From assembly GCA_951406725.2 (NCBI GenBank), contig OX597833.1:1302001-1366000 (forward strand): 64,000 nucleotides of DNA, read 5' to 3'. Positions 14,048 to 27,014 of the stretch are shown here, in pieces. Position numbers and translations under genes: made by a program. Source of the stretch: Octopus vulgaris. Lineage: Eukaryota. The notes under the pieces were generated by a model. That model searched no databases, was not told the DNA's origin, and saw nothing but the letters and a program-made list of their open reading frames with translations. Each line of letters starts with the position of its first letter. Position 1 is the first letter of the stretch.

Positions 14048-14285
14048 CAGTAATCCCACGACTATCGCGGGTGTTACGCTCCAAAACGTCCCGCGATATG
14101 TGAAAATCCGCGATGTAGAAACAGTACTGTACTGTATATTTTTTAATCATTATTTTTATAATTTGTATCTATTTATTTTATTATAAATGCGAAACGACAC
14201 CACGGAGGAATCGACGTAAGCATATATGATAAACCGCGATGGGTGAACCGCGATTGGTGAACAGCGATATGGCGAGGGATTACTG
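14048..14285. mobile_element. Tigger/pogo-like MITE
   Basis: Terminal inverted repeats CAGTAATCCCACGACTATCGC / GCGATATGGCGAGGGATTACTG, TA on the right flank, internal CCGCGAT repeats. Confidence 0.75.
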
Positions 14286-14394
14286 TATTGTCTGAAGTAT
14301 CGTTCTCACTTTTCGCGTTTCGTTCTGCGTAGAAATATGTTACGATCGACTGAAGTGACCAACTGTCTCCATTATATATATATATATAATGGCT

Positions 14395-14735
14395 CCTTGG
14401 GCAAGTGTCTTCTACTATAGCCTCGGGCCGACCAAAGACTTGTGAGTGGATTTGGTAGACGGAAACTGAAAGAAGCCCGTCGTATATATGTATATGTGTA
14501 TATAAATGTATGTGTGTATATGATTGTGTATATATGTTTGTCGTCCCAACATCGCTTGACAACCGATGCTGGTGTGTCTACGTCCCCGTAACTTAGCGGT
14601 TCGGCAAAAGCGTCCGATAGAATAAGTACTAGGCTTACAAAGAATAAGTCCTGGGAGCTCGATTTGCTCGACTAAAAAAGGCGGTGCTCCAGTATGGCCG
14701 CAGTCAAATGACTGAAACGAGTAAAAGAGTAAAAA
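14395..14735 (+). mobile_element. SINE family 1, 5'-truncated
   Basis: Starts at CCTTGGGCAAGTGTCTTC and runs to the tail. Confidence 0.85.
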
Positions 14736-14759
14736 GGGTATACATGCATGTATGAGAAC

Positions 14760-14773
14760 ACGGGCGCGTGTGT

Positions 14774-14810
<37 letters not shown>

Positions 14811-14871
14811 GGCGTATGTGTATGTGTGTGTGTATATGTGTGTGTGCGGGCGTGTGTGTGTGTGTGTGTAT

Positions 14872-14905
<34 letters not shown>

Positions 14906-14933
14906 GGGCGTATGTGTGTGTGTGTGTATGTAT

Positions 14934-14984
<51 letters not shown>

Positions 14985-15027
14985 GGCGTATGTGTGTGTG
15001 TGTGTATGTATGTGTATGTGTGTGTAT

Positions 15028-15064
<37 letters not shown>

Positions 15065-15088
15065 GGCGTATGTGTGTGTGTGTGTGTA

Positions 15089-15149
<61 letters not shown>

Positions 15150-15210
15150 GTATGTGTGTGTGTGTGTATGTGTGTGTGTATGTATGTGTATGTGTGTGTG
15201 TGTATGTGTA

Positions 15211-15243
<33 letters not shown>

Positions 15244-15325
15244 GTGTGTGTGTGTATGTATGTGTATGTGTGTGTGTGTGTGTGTATGTGTGTGTGTGTG
15301 TGTGCGGGCGTATGTGTATGTGTGT

Positions 15326-15371
<46 letters not shown>

Positions 15372-15409
15372 GTATGTGTGTGTGTGTGCGGGCGTATGTG
15401 TATGTGTGT

Positions 15410-15452
<43 letters not shown>

Positions 15453-15485
15453 TGTGTGTGTGTGCGGGCGTATGTGTATGTGTGT

Positions 15486-15525
<40 letters not shown>

Positions 15526-15569
15526 GTATGTGTATGTGTGTGTGTGTGCGGGCGTATGTGTATGTGTGT

Positions 15570-15609
<40 letters not shown>

Positions 15610-15654
15610 GTATGTGTATGTGTGTGCGGGCGTATGTGTATGTGTGTGTGTCTG

Positions 15655-15685
<31 letters not shown>

Positions 15686-15752
15686 GTATGTGTATGTGTG
15701 TGTGTGCGGGCGTATGTGTGTGTGTGTATGTGTGTGTGTGTGTGTGTGTGTA
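14760..15752. repeat. (TG)n-based higher-order minisatellite punctuated by GCGGGCGT
   Basis: Direct reading; about a dozen GCGGGCG anchors. Confidence 0.9.
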
Positions 15753-15875
15753 TGCAAGCGTGAGTATGGGTAAGAATGACATATTTACATAAAGTTGAAT
15801 TTGGCTCTTTTATGTTTTGGTGCTACAAAATGAACAAACGCACTCTCTCTTTCTCTTTCTTGCTCTGCCTATCTG

Positions 15876-15921
<46 letters not shown>

Positions 15922-16194
15922 GTGTTGCTTATTAAGACAGATAGCATATCTTTGGTTTCTATGGTAACCTCCACTGATGCTGCCAAACGCCATAGAATTT
16001 GGCCGAAAATAGCGGAATGTTATCAAAAGACATTAGACTACTATCATTATATATATATATCCGACCTAAACAGAGTTTCGGAATACGCTGGCTGTGCTTT
16101 ATACTTACCAAATCAACCCCCCCAAAAAGCATATACATATAAACACACATTGTATATTATATATACATACAAACATACATTGTATATATATATA

Positions 16195-16261
<67 letters not shown>

Positions 16262-16316
16262 ATATATATATATATGTACATATATATATATATGTATATA
16301 TATATATGTATATATG

Positions 16317-16487
16317 TTAAAATTATAAATTAGGGTATCTCGTAGATACCACCATGCTGAAAATAGCAGCCATGATCTGACTCTAAAACCACCTTAATAT
16401 GAACAATTAAGGTGGTTTTAGAGTCAGATCATGGCTGCTATTTTCAGCGTGGTGGTATCTCGTAGATACCCTAATTTACAATTTTAA
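16317..16487. repeat. Near-perfect palindrome (~80-bp arms, ~7-nt loop)
   Basis: ...GCAGCCATGATCTGACTCTAAAACCACCTTAAT-ATGAACA-ATTAAGGTGGTTTTAGAGTCAGATCATGGCTGC... Confidence 0.95.
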
Positions 16488-16570
16488 TAATTATTACCTT
16501 TGAAGGTTATTTTTTCCATGCTGGCCACTTGATAAAATCGTTATTTTATTTTAAATTAACGTTCTTATCC

Positions 16571-16612
<42 letters not shown>

Positions 16613-16892
16613 TTGCTTGTACCCATATATATGCATGTGTATGTATATACATATATATACATATATAAATATATGTGTATGCATATTGTATATAATATTG
16701 TATATGACTTAAGATATTTGCCTTCCCTTAAAGTTTGACGTCCTGTTTGACAATTATATATCCGCTGCATCGGAAATCTGCAATGGTTCCATAACCACCA
16801 TCTTGGCTATAATCTTGGAGCCCTAGTAATCCGTTACGCCACTTACTTAGCGTACCTAATCGTTTAGAACACCTGTGAACTAAACCCACATA

Positions 16893-16944
<52 letters not shown>

Positions 16945-16947
<3 letters not shown>

Positions 16948-17115
16948 CGTAGGAATAGCATGAGGTAAGTAGCTTGTTTACCAACCACATGGTTCCGGGT
17001 TCAGTCCCACTGTGTGGCACCTTGGGTAAGTGTCTTCTGCTATAGCTTTGGGCCGACCAAAGCCTTGTGAGTGGATTTGGTAGAGGGGAACTGAAAGAAG
17101 CCCGTCGGATATATG

Positions 17116-17167
<52 letters not shown>

Positions 17168-17380
17168 TGTGTCTGCGTTTGTCCTACCCCCCCAACATCG
17201 CTTGACAGCCGATGCTGGTGTGTTTACGTCCCCGTAACTTAGCGGTTCGGCAAAAGAGACCGATAGAATAAGTACTAGGCTTACAAAGAATAAGTCCTGG
17301 GGTCGATTTGCTCGACTAAAGGCGGTGCTCCAGCATGGCCACAATCATATGACTGAAACAAGTAAAAAGTAAAAAAGTAA
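16945..17380 (+). mobile_element. SINE family 1, full length
   Basis: Homology to 616-1008. Confidence 0.9.
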
Positions 17381-17712
17381 GAAGTAAATATATATATATA
17401 TAACGTAATGTGTACTAGCCACTGGGGGTGGGTGTTACTGAAGCTTTTAGCCCCAGGAAATCGTCGTCTCCAGCTGGCTTTAGACACACTTTCTGTGCCC
17501 TTCTGATATTTGCAAAGGGAGGTCATCCTCCCTCGAAAACCTAAGTGATACATACGGACTATAGTTTCGAGGTATTTACCTCTCGTCAACGTATGGTAAA
17601 CCCCGGTTTTCGATTAAGGAGACCTGTTTGCAAATATCTATTTAATGTTTTTCCTAGCAACCACAGTCACTGATTTAGAAAAACTCTCTGAATATATATC
17701 TATATATATCTA

Positions 17713-18154
17713 TCTATATATATATATATATATATATATAAACGGCAGTTTGTCTGTGCGTGTTTCTGTGTGTCTGTTTGCTTGAACCCTCACCCTGACC
17801 ACGGCTTTCAACCGATTCTGATGAAACTTGACACACACATAGCCCAATGTCATAATTCAAAACTAACGCAGTGAAAATTTTGAAAAGTTCCCCCAGTTCT
17901 GAAAAAATCAATAAATTCGACATGGGGTCGAGAATCTAAGCTTTTTATATGCAACACATTTTCTGTCTAGGGGACACAACTCGACAGCTAGGGACAGCTA
18001 GGAACATCGTATACACAGAAGTATTCGAGTGAAGAGAAAACATTGCAACCTACACATGCGCCTTCGTTCCCTAGAGGGAAAGGACTATATTGGGATTAGT
18101 CGTTTCCTACTAGGGGCTCTTACATACCCGGGCAACGCCGGGCTATGCTGCTAG
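17713..18154 (+). mobile_element. Non-autonomous Helitron
   Basis: 5' TC after A, subterminal hairpin CCCGGGCAACGCCGGG, 3' end CTAG followed by T; the 5' ~200 bp is shared with 37807-38189. Confidence 0.8.
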
Positions 18155-18193
<39 letters not shown>

Positions 18194-18409
18194 AAAGATA
18201 CTGAGAAAGATATAGGTTAATCATAATTGACTGATTGTCAGGTATTTTATTTTACTCAAAGCCGGGACCTTTTCAGCCCCTCACTCGTACACCTTTTTAA
18301 ATTATTTTCAAACTTTTATGGTTTGTGTATCATTGAGTAAAAATCGGAGGCCGAAACGTTGTTATCATATTCCAAGCAGTGTTTTAAAGGTGACCAACAT
18401 AGTCCCGCA

Positions 18410-19235
<826 letters not shown>

Positions 19236-19306
19236 GGATATCTTAATACAGTTATGATGGATTCCTACCTACGCTGCTAATACCACCAACGCCACCATGC
19301 TTACTG

Positions 19307-19351
<45 letters not shown>

Positions 19352-19469
19352 TTACTACTACTACTACCACTGTCACTACTACTGCTACTGCCACCACTAC
19401 TACTACTAATACTACTGCGGATATTGCGGCTGTTGCTGCTACCACTTCTACTACAAATACCATCTGTAT

Positions 19470-19697
19470 ATATTTCTTTACTTCCCACAAGGGGCTAAAC
19501 ATAGAGAGGATAAACAAAGACAGACAAAGGGATTAAGTCGATTACATCGCTCCCCAGGGCGTAACTGGTACTTAATTTATAGACCCCGAAAGGATGAAAA
19601 GCAAAGTCGACCTCGGCGGAATTTGAACCCAGAACGCTTAACGGCAGACGAAATACCGCTAAGCATTTCGCCCGGCGTGCTAACCATTCTGCCAGCT
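19470..19697 (-). mobile_element. SINE family 2, monomer
   Basis: Reverse complement of family 2. Confidence 0.85.
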
Positions 19698-19755
19698 AAC
19701 GTTTCTACCATCTGTATAGCCACTGCTACCCCCACTAACACCGTCAGCCACAAAT

Positions 19756-19759
<4 letters not shown>

Positions 19760-19786
<27 letters not shown>

Positions 19787-19787
19787 T

Positions 19788-19819
<32 letters not shown>

Positions 19820-20208
19820 TAACACCGTTACCATCCTTGTCCCAATTTAGCCTTCTGCCCCGTTAAACCTCTTCCACTGGTGGGGGTGTGCGGGTGCTGG
19901 TGTTAGATAAATGGGTTTGGGTTGTGGTTGTGGTTGTGGTTGATGGATGGAATGTTCATGATGATGATGGCGATGATGATGCTGGTGCTCATAGCTCGAA
20001 AAAGAGAAAGAGAGAGAACATAGTAGTGAGGATGGCGGCGACGACGACGGCACAGGTTTTGGTGGTGGTGGTGGTGGTGGATAGCGTATGTAATGTTGAT
20101 GGTAAGATTGATGATGACGATGTTGATGGTGATGATGATGACGATGTTGATGATGATGATGATGATGATGATGATGACGATGTTGATGATGATGATGGCG
20201 ATGATGGC

Positions 20209-20243
<35 letters not shown>

Positions 20244-21711
20244 GGTTGGTGGTGGTGGTGATCGTGTTGATGATGGTGATACTGAAGAGATAATGGTAGA
20301 ACTGGTAATAGAAAGGAGTGGGGGTGGAATGGGGGGGTGAGTCGATGATGGCATTGATTGAGGTGGTGGTGGTGGTCGTCGTCGTCGTCGTGGAGATGCC
20401 AATGGTCGTGGTGAAGGTGATGGTGTTGCTAATGGAGCTGGGGTGGGGGAATAGAAGGGAGGGTTGATGATGGTGATGGTTGTGGGGGAGGGGGAAGGAA
20501 CAAAAGGGTGGAAGAAGATGAAGAACAAGAAGGAAAATAAGAAAAAGAACAAAAAGAACCGAAGAAGAAGAACAACAACAAAAACAACAACAACAACAAG
20601 AACAAGGAGAAGAAGAAAAAGAACAAGAACAAGAAGAGGAAGAAATAGAAGAAGAACAAGAAGAAGAAGAAGAACAACAACAACAACAAGAGGAAGGAAT
20701 AGAAGAAGAACAACAAGAACAACAACAACAACAAGAGGAAGGAATAGAAGAACAAGAACAACAACAACAACAAGAGGAAGGAATAGAAGAAGAAGAAGAA
20801 GAAGAAGAAGAAGAAGAAGAAGAAGAAGAAAAAGAAGAACAAGAAGAAGAACAAGAACAAGAACAACAACAACAAGGGGGTGACTATGATGGCGGCCTAT
20901 CCATTAGAACAGTGTTGTGTTTGTTAACCACCGAAAAAAGTTTTGATTTCCACCGCCCCCCCCCCCACACACACACACCACCTCTCTTTTCACCCCTTTC
21001 TCATACCACTACCACCACCCCCCACTAACACCACCACCACGATCATCATCAGCAGCAGCACCACACCACCGCCTCCACTGCTACCCCCCCGCACCTCACC
21101 CCTACGACCGCCAATTCTTTCGATGCTATTTCTGGACCTGCGATAAAGGTCATTCCTTTCCTTGTTTTTGATAAAAATTTGAAAAAAAAAAAGTTCCTTT
21201 CCCCCCTCTCCGCCACCCCGCCACAGCCGCCGCCGTTACCACCAACGCCGCCACTACCGCCATCACCACCATTTCTACCACCTCACCACTACCAGCTCCA
21301 CCACCACTCACCAGCGCCGCCGATGTTATCCCCTCTCTCAACCACCATCACCATCACCACCATCACCACCACCTTCACCACCACCATCCTCGCCACCATC
21401 ACCGGTGCCACCGTTGTCACACCATCTCCACCACCACCACCACCACCATCCCCTCTGCTATCCCCTCACTAACCACAGAAATGAGGTTAGGGGGCCCTAA
21501 CTTCTGAACCCTCGCAAACCAGACGAACCTAGTTCTTCTCTCTAAAAATCCTTCTTTTTTCTTCTTCTTCTTATCATTCTTCTTCCATTTTATTCTGAAT
21601 TCATCTCCTTCCCTTTTGCTTCCTTCTTCATCCCCCTTCATTTTTCATCATCATCACTGTCGTCATCATCATCATCATCAACATCATCACCCTCACCATC
21701 ACCACCATCAC

Positions 21712-21770
<59 letters not shown>

Positions 21771-22740
21771 CAATCGCACACTTCAACTTCTTCAGTTTTT
21801 TCTTCTCCTTTTTCTATTCCTCTTCTTCATCTTCCTCATCTTCTCCATTTTCATCTTCTTATCCATATTCTTCTTCGGTTACTTTCCTTACTTTCTCGCT
21901 CTCTCTCCCTTTCTCTCTCTTTTTATCATCATCATCACAATCACCGTCATCTCCTCCTTTCTTTCTTTCTTTCCCCCTCTCTCTCTCTCTCTCTTTCTGT
22001 ATATCCCCACCCAAACCTTTCATTTTCCAAGATCTCTTTCGTTGTTCAATATTCTTCACCGAATTCCTTCCTTCCTCCACCATCACTCTTTCTCTCTAAT
22101 ACTACTACTACAACCACCATGACCACCAACAACACCACCACCACTACTACCACCACCACTACCACCACCACCACCACACCTACTTCTCCTGCAAGGCCGT
22201 GCCATATCCAACATGGCTGCCCTGTCTGGTTTCTTTTAGATAAGAGATATTGAAAGGGTGGTACACGAGAGGTAAAACGGTGTAGTAGAGTCGGGGGTTG
22301 TGAGGGTGGGGGTTAAAAGTGGTGGTGCTGGTGGTGCTGGTAGTCGTCATAGTGGTGGTGGTGATGTAGGTGATGGTGGTTGTGGTGGTGGTTGTGGTCG
22401 TCATAGTGGTGGTGGTGATGTAGGTGATGGTGGTGGTGGTGGTGGTTGTGGTGGTGGTGGTGATAGTGGTCGTCATAGTGGTGGTGGTGGTTGTGGTGGT
22501 GGCGGTGATAGTGGTCGTCATAGTGGTGGTGGTGGTTGTGGTGGTGGCGGTGATAGTGGTCGTCATAGTGGTGGTGGTGATGTAGGTGATGGTGGTGGTG
22601 ATGTAGGTGATGGTGGTGGTGGTTTTAACAAAGTTAATGATGATAATGTTGATGATTACGACGACGACGACGACGATGATGATGATGCAGATGATGGTGG
22701 TGGAGGTTGTGGGTGGGGGTGTTGCTGGGGATGGGTGATG
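19760..22740. repeat. Trinucleotide low-complexity zone (CAT, GAT, GAA/CAA, CAC, GGT) with short unique islands
   Basis: Direct reading. Confidence 0.9.
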
Positions 22741-22979
22741 ACGGCTTCCATCAAACGTGACCCTGACTTTCCAGATTCCATCCCTATATCAGTTGAAAAT
22801 CTTACGAAACCCAGCTGTTTTTCAGCATTTTTAATATTTGTAAAACATATCCATCAGGAAATTAAGGGTGACATTTGTGTTTCTGGTTGCTGTAGAGGTA
22901 TAACCATTGGAGTTTAGATAAGGCTTATGTGTGTGTAGGTATATGTGTGTGTGTGTGTATCTGTGCATCTATGTATGTA

Positions 22980-23021
<42 letters not shown>

Positions 23022-23037
23022 TATATGTGTGTATATA

Positions 23038-23090
<53 letters not shown>

Positions 23091-23093
23091 ATA

Positions 23094-23163
<70 letters not shown>

Positions 23164-23184
23164 TATATGTATATGTATATCTGT

Positions 23185-23316
23185 GATATAATACGTGACA
23201 GTTATTCGGTTACCATGATAAAACTCCGAGTTTCGGATGTCGGTGCAAGTTTCCGCCCCGACATCCGAAACTCGGAGTTTTATTATGGCAACCGAATAAT
23301 TGTCTCATATTACATC
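23185..23316. repeat. Inverted repeat / MITE-like fold-back (~59-bp arms)
   Basis: TTATTCGGTTACCATGATAAAACTCCGAGTTTCGGATGTCGG ... CCGACATCCGAAACTCGGAGTTTTATTATGGCAACCGAATAA. Confidence 0.9.
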
Positions 23317-23390
23317 TACAGATAAATTCCTCTATTTAAATAATATCGAGGTCTCTTTCATTCTTTTGCTGTCTTACCATTACTACTACG

Positions 23391-23445
<55 letters not shown>

Positions 23446-23599
23446 GTAGTTCATATATCCGAAAAAGCTCACTCTGAAACAGGAGAGCGAGCAGCAATAT
23501 ATTTTTTAGAAATTTTTATATTATGACCGGTTATGCAGTGACCAATTGTTTCACACCTGTAACGCGCTTAACAGTATACATTATTCGTCTGTGAAAAAT

Positions 23600-23745
23600 G
23601 GCCGAAGGCGCATAATCTCTCTACAACTGGAGGAAGGCTGCAGAGGTAATGTACCTTCGACCATTTGAGTCGCCTATAGATCTGAGCGCTTTAAATGTGC
23701 GAAGCCAGTGGTTACTCTGTGACTGGCCAAAACATTTAGCGTCTT

Positions 23746-23799
<54 letters not shown>

Positions 23800-24352
23800 T
23801 GTGTGTGTGTGTGTGTTTGGCAGGCCAAAATAACGGCAGCGGATTAGTAACGCCAAAGAATTACACTGTCATCGTGACGATTCTAATCTAAGAGCTTACG
23901 TCTTTGCGTATTTACCCCCATATGCGCCAGAACCTATGCTTCAAGGATCGATATACATAGCCATTAAAGGACTTACCGCTCTTCCTCACGACTTTCGGAC
24001 ACGAAAATATCTGCCATCATCATGTGTGTGCGTGTGTGTGTGATTTGACGCAGGACTGATTCCGTTTCTATATTTGAAGGTGAGGACGTGCGAAGAATGA
24101 GAAGAGAAGCAGCGTCTTTTAAACCCAAAACTCCTGAAGGTCCAGAAGCACGATCTGCCGCTAACTATCTCAACTTTGCTATCTACGTTAGCACCCCAGC
24201 TTAAGTTGATGCCGACAGTGACTCCGAAGTCCTTAGCGGTGTTTGATGCCAAGAGGGTTTCGCTGAGAGAAGAGAGTGCATCATAGCTTAAGTACAACCA
24301 CTTTACCTAAAACGACGAATTCAAACTTATCCTCATTTAGCCGCATATCGTG
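23600..24352 (-). mobile_element. Degenerate CR1/L2-like LINE ORF2 C-terminal relic
   Basis: Minus-strand MRLNEDKFEFVV ... KDFGVTVGINLSW ... WTFRSF resemble post-RT motifs (KDLGV..D..L.W); interrupted by microsatellites. Confidence 0.6.
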
Positions 24353-24366
24353 TTACAAGATATATA

Positions 24367-24758
24367 TCTTTATATATAAAAGAAAGGTTGTCTGTCTGTC
24401 TCCTACGATTTAGATTCCTCACTACTCCCACATTTTGCGGTGCAGTTTAACCAAAACCGGGTATCTTATAGTCGTGATTCATATCAAGCCCTTCTGGGTA
24501 TTAGAGCACGTCTACAATGAGTCTACGATTTTAAAAATAATTTACCATCATTTTTTCCATTTTAATGCATATTTTTTAAATATAAGGGAAGTAACTCTCT
24601 AAAAATGCCTACGATGAGTCAACGATTTTTAAAATAATTTACCATATTTTTTTTTCCATTTTTAATGCATTTTTTGCTATTTTTTGGCTATAACTCTCTA
24701 AAAATGCTTTATAGTTATTTCCCTTACAAACCCGAGCAACGCCGGGCGATACTGCTAG
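24367..24758 (+). mobile_element. Non-autonomous Helitron
   Basis: A|TC start, hairpin CCCGAGCAACGCCGGG, CTAG|T end; internal duplication of CTAC(A/G)ATGAGTC(T/A)ACGATTTT-AAAATAATTTACCAT. Confidence 0.8.
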
Positions 24759-24774
24759 TATATATATATATATA

Positions 24775-24978
24775 TAACGGGAAGCTTTATGAAAATAAAC
24801 AAAAGACGAAGGCAGGTGGAGTACAAACAAACAATTGTATTAGTAGGGCGCTCAGGAATATAAATAAAACAAGTCTTTAACGTTTCGAGCCTACGCTCTT
24901 CAACAGAAAGATACACAGAAAAGAAACACGGAAAGAAAAAGAATGCGTGCAGGAGCTAACGATTCAACATGGCGATCT
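24775..24978 (-). mobile_element. Short Penelope-like element with a degenerate hammerhead-like motif
   Basis: Closely similar copy at 59821-60036; minus strand TTGAAGAGCGTAGGCTCGAAACGT; embedded in (TA)n. Confidence 0.6.
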
Positions 24979-24998
24979 ATATATATATATATATATGG

Positions 24999-25070
<72 letters not shown>

Positions 25071-25173
25071 GAGTGTTTTGATCTACATATATGTGTGTGG
25101 GGGTATATCTATGTGTAGAAATACTCTGTATGAAAGTTTATGCTTTATATATATGCATATATGTGATGTATGC

Positions 25174-25228
<55 letters not shown>

Positions 25229-25242
25229 ACCTCCGTCCGGTA

Positions 25243-25441
25243 TTTGCCATGATAGATCGCAAGCTAATAAAACTTTTTTCTATTTTCTCTCCCTGTTTAT
25301 TTCTGTGCCTTTCTGTTAAAGAGCATCGGCTCGAAACGTAAAGGACTTTCTCACTTTCCCGAGCGTTAAACTAATACACCTGTTTGTTGTTTACACACCT
25401 ATCTTCGTCATTTGTTTTTTGTCTTTTTTTTTGTAAATTCC

Positions 25442-25445
<4 letters not shown>
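25243..25445 (+). mobile_element. Diverged inverted copy of the 24775-24978 family
   Basis: CTTTCTGTTAAAGAGCATCGGCTCGAAACGTAAAG...CTAATACA...CTTCGTC. Confidence 0.65.
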
Positions 25446-25479
<34 letters not shown>

Positions 25480-25630
25480 GAGTGCTTTGATATATCTCTA
25501 CTTATATTTATGTGTGCTTATGTATGTGTGTGTGTCTGTGAGTTGATGTGTGTGTATGTATATCTATGTGTAGAAATATACAAAATGAAAGATTTATGCC
25601 TTATAAATATGTATAAATGTGATGTATTCA

Positions 25631-25668
<38 letters not shown>

Positions 25669-25859
25669 AATACATATATATATATATATACATATATATA
25701 CATATATATACATATAGATATGTGTGTGCATATGTATATATTCTTTTAGTCATTTGACTGCGGCCAAACTGGAGTACTGCATATCTGTTACATGCGTGTA
25801 TATATATATCTTATGTATTTATACAAGGCTCACTTTTAATCCTTTCCGCTCTATTTTAG

Positions 25860-25993
25860 GATCACCCAATATGAGGATTTAAAACAGGGATGCCTTGGAA
25901 TATGTTTTCAGGAAAAAATTAATCTTGGACGAATCTGGAACTCTGTTAAGGTTAGATTCAGCTGGGATATAGAAACAGAAGACTTTCAAAATG
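25860..25993 (+). CDS. GUCY1B1: Putative 5' exon of sGC beta-1: 5' UTR plus only the initiator ATG (25991-25993)
   Basis: Acceptor CCTTTCCGCTCTATTTTAG|G, context TTCAAA-ATG followed directly by donor GTAAGT, in-frame stops upstream. The next exon starts at Tyr2 in phase 0 and needs a spliced-in ATG. Confidence 0.7.
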
Positions 25994-26302
25994 GTAAGTG
26001 TAATTCTATCTACTTCTGCCATTTTAATATCTCATGTCTGTAACATTCTGCTTAATAATTCAAATTCGAAGGAACGAACAATTACGGTAAGAGCTTGGAC
26101 AGGTAAAACAACAATCGTTTCTCCCTCAAATCACACCTCAGTTTCTTCAAAGAAACCAACACATTTTCTAATAGTTTTTTGAATGAAGTGTACGATGAAT
26201 GAGTGTATATTATGGCGGCATAGCGAATGCGTTTTGGTTGGCTAAACATTTAGTTGTAAACGGATGGAGTGTCTTTGTTACTTACGTACATACCTACATG
26301 AA

Positions 26303-26660
26303 GAGGTGCAATGGTCCAGTGGTTGGGGCAGTGGACTTGCGGTCGTAGGACCGCGGTTTCGATTCCCAGACCGAGCGCAATCACCTAAAACTCGCCGCGG
26401 CACAAGCACAGGGTGGTAGCGAACACTACTGCATTCTTTCATCACAACTTTCTCTCACTCTTTCTTCCTGTTTCTGTTGTACCTGTATTTCAAAGAGCCA
26501 GCCTAGTCACACTCTGTGTCACGCTGAATCTCCCCGAGAACTACGTTAAGAGTACAGGTGTCTGTGGAGTGCTCAGCCACTTGCAGATTAATTTCACGAG
26601 CAGGCTGTTCCGTTGATCGGATCAACTGGTACACTCGTCGTCGTAATCGACGGAGTGCCG
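26303..26660 (+). mobile_element. SINE family 3
   Basis: Homology to 46928-47310. Confidence 0.85.
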
Positions 26661-26832
26661 CAACATATCTACATACTTGCATATGTGTGAGTGTGTGTGT
26701 ATGTGCGTATTTCTATATGCATGCATATATATATATATATATATATATAAATTAATTAAGGGTAGAAATTGATATTAGTCAATTAAAACCAGTGGTCTAG
26801 CATATTAAGAAGAATCCGAAGATTAAAATATT

Positions 26833-27014
26833 TATATATACCAATTAAGGACTGAACACGAAAAGTAGACAGTCAACATGCTAGATATAGACGTCAAATC
26901 GCCATTCTCCACAAATTTGAGAACATAATCTTTGTGGAGAATGGCGATTTGACGTCTATATCTAGCATATTGACTGTCCACTTTTCGTGTTCAGTCCTTA
27001 ATTGGTATATATAT
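26833..27014. repeat. Near-perfect palindrome (75-bp unique arms, 2 mismatches, 15-nt loop)
   Basis: CCAATTAAGGACTGAACACG...ATTCTCCACAAA / TTTGTGGAGAAT...CGTGTTCAGTCCTTAATTGG. Confidence 0.95.

Noticed and set aside
22300-22917. Gly/Asp-rich 205-aa structural protein
   Set aside because: Built from GGT/GAT repeats with a non-ATG start; no splice or homology support.
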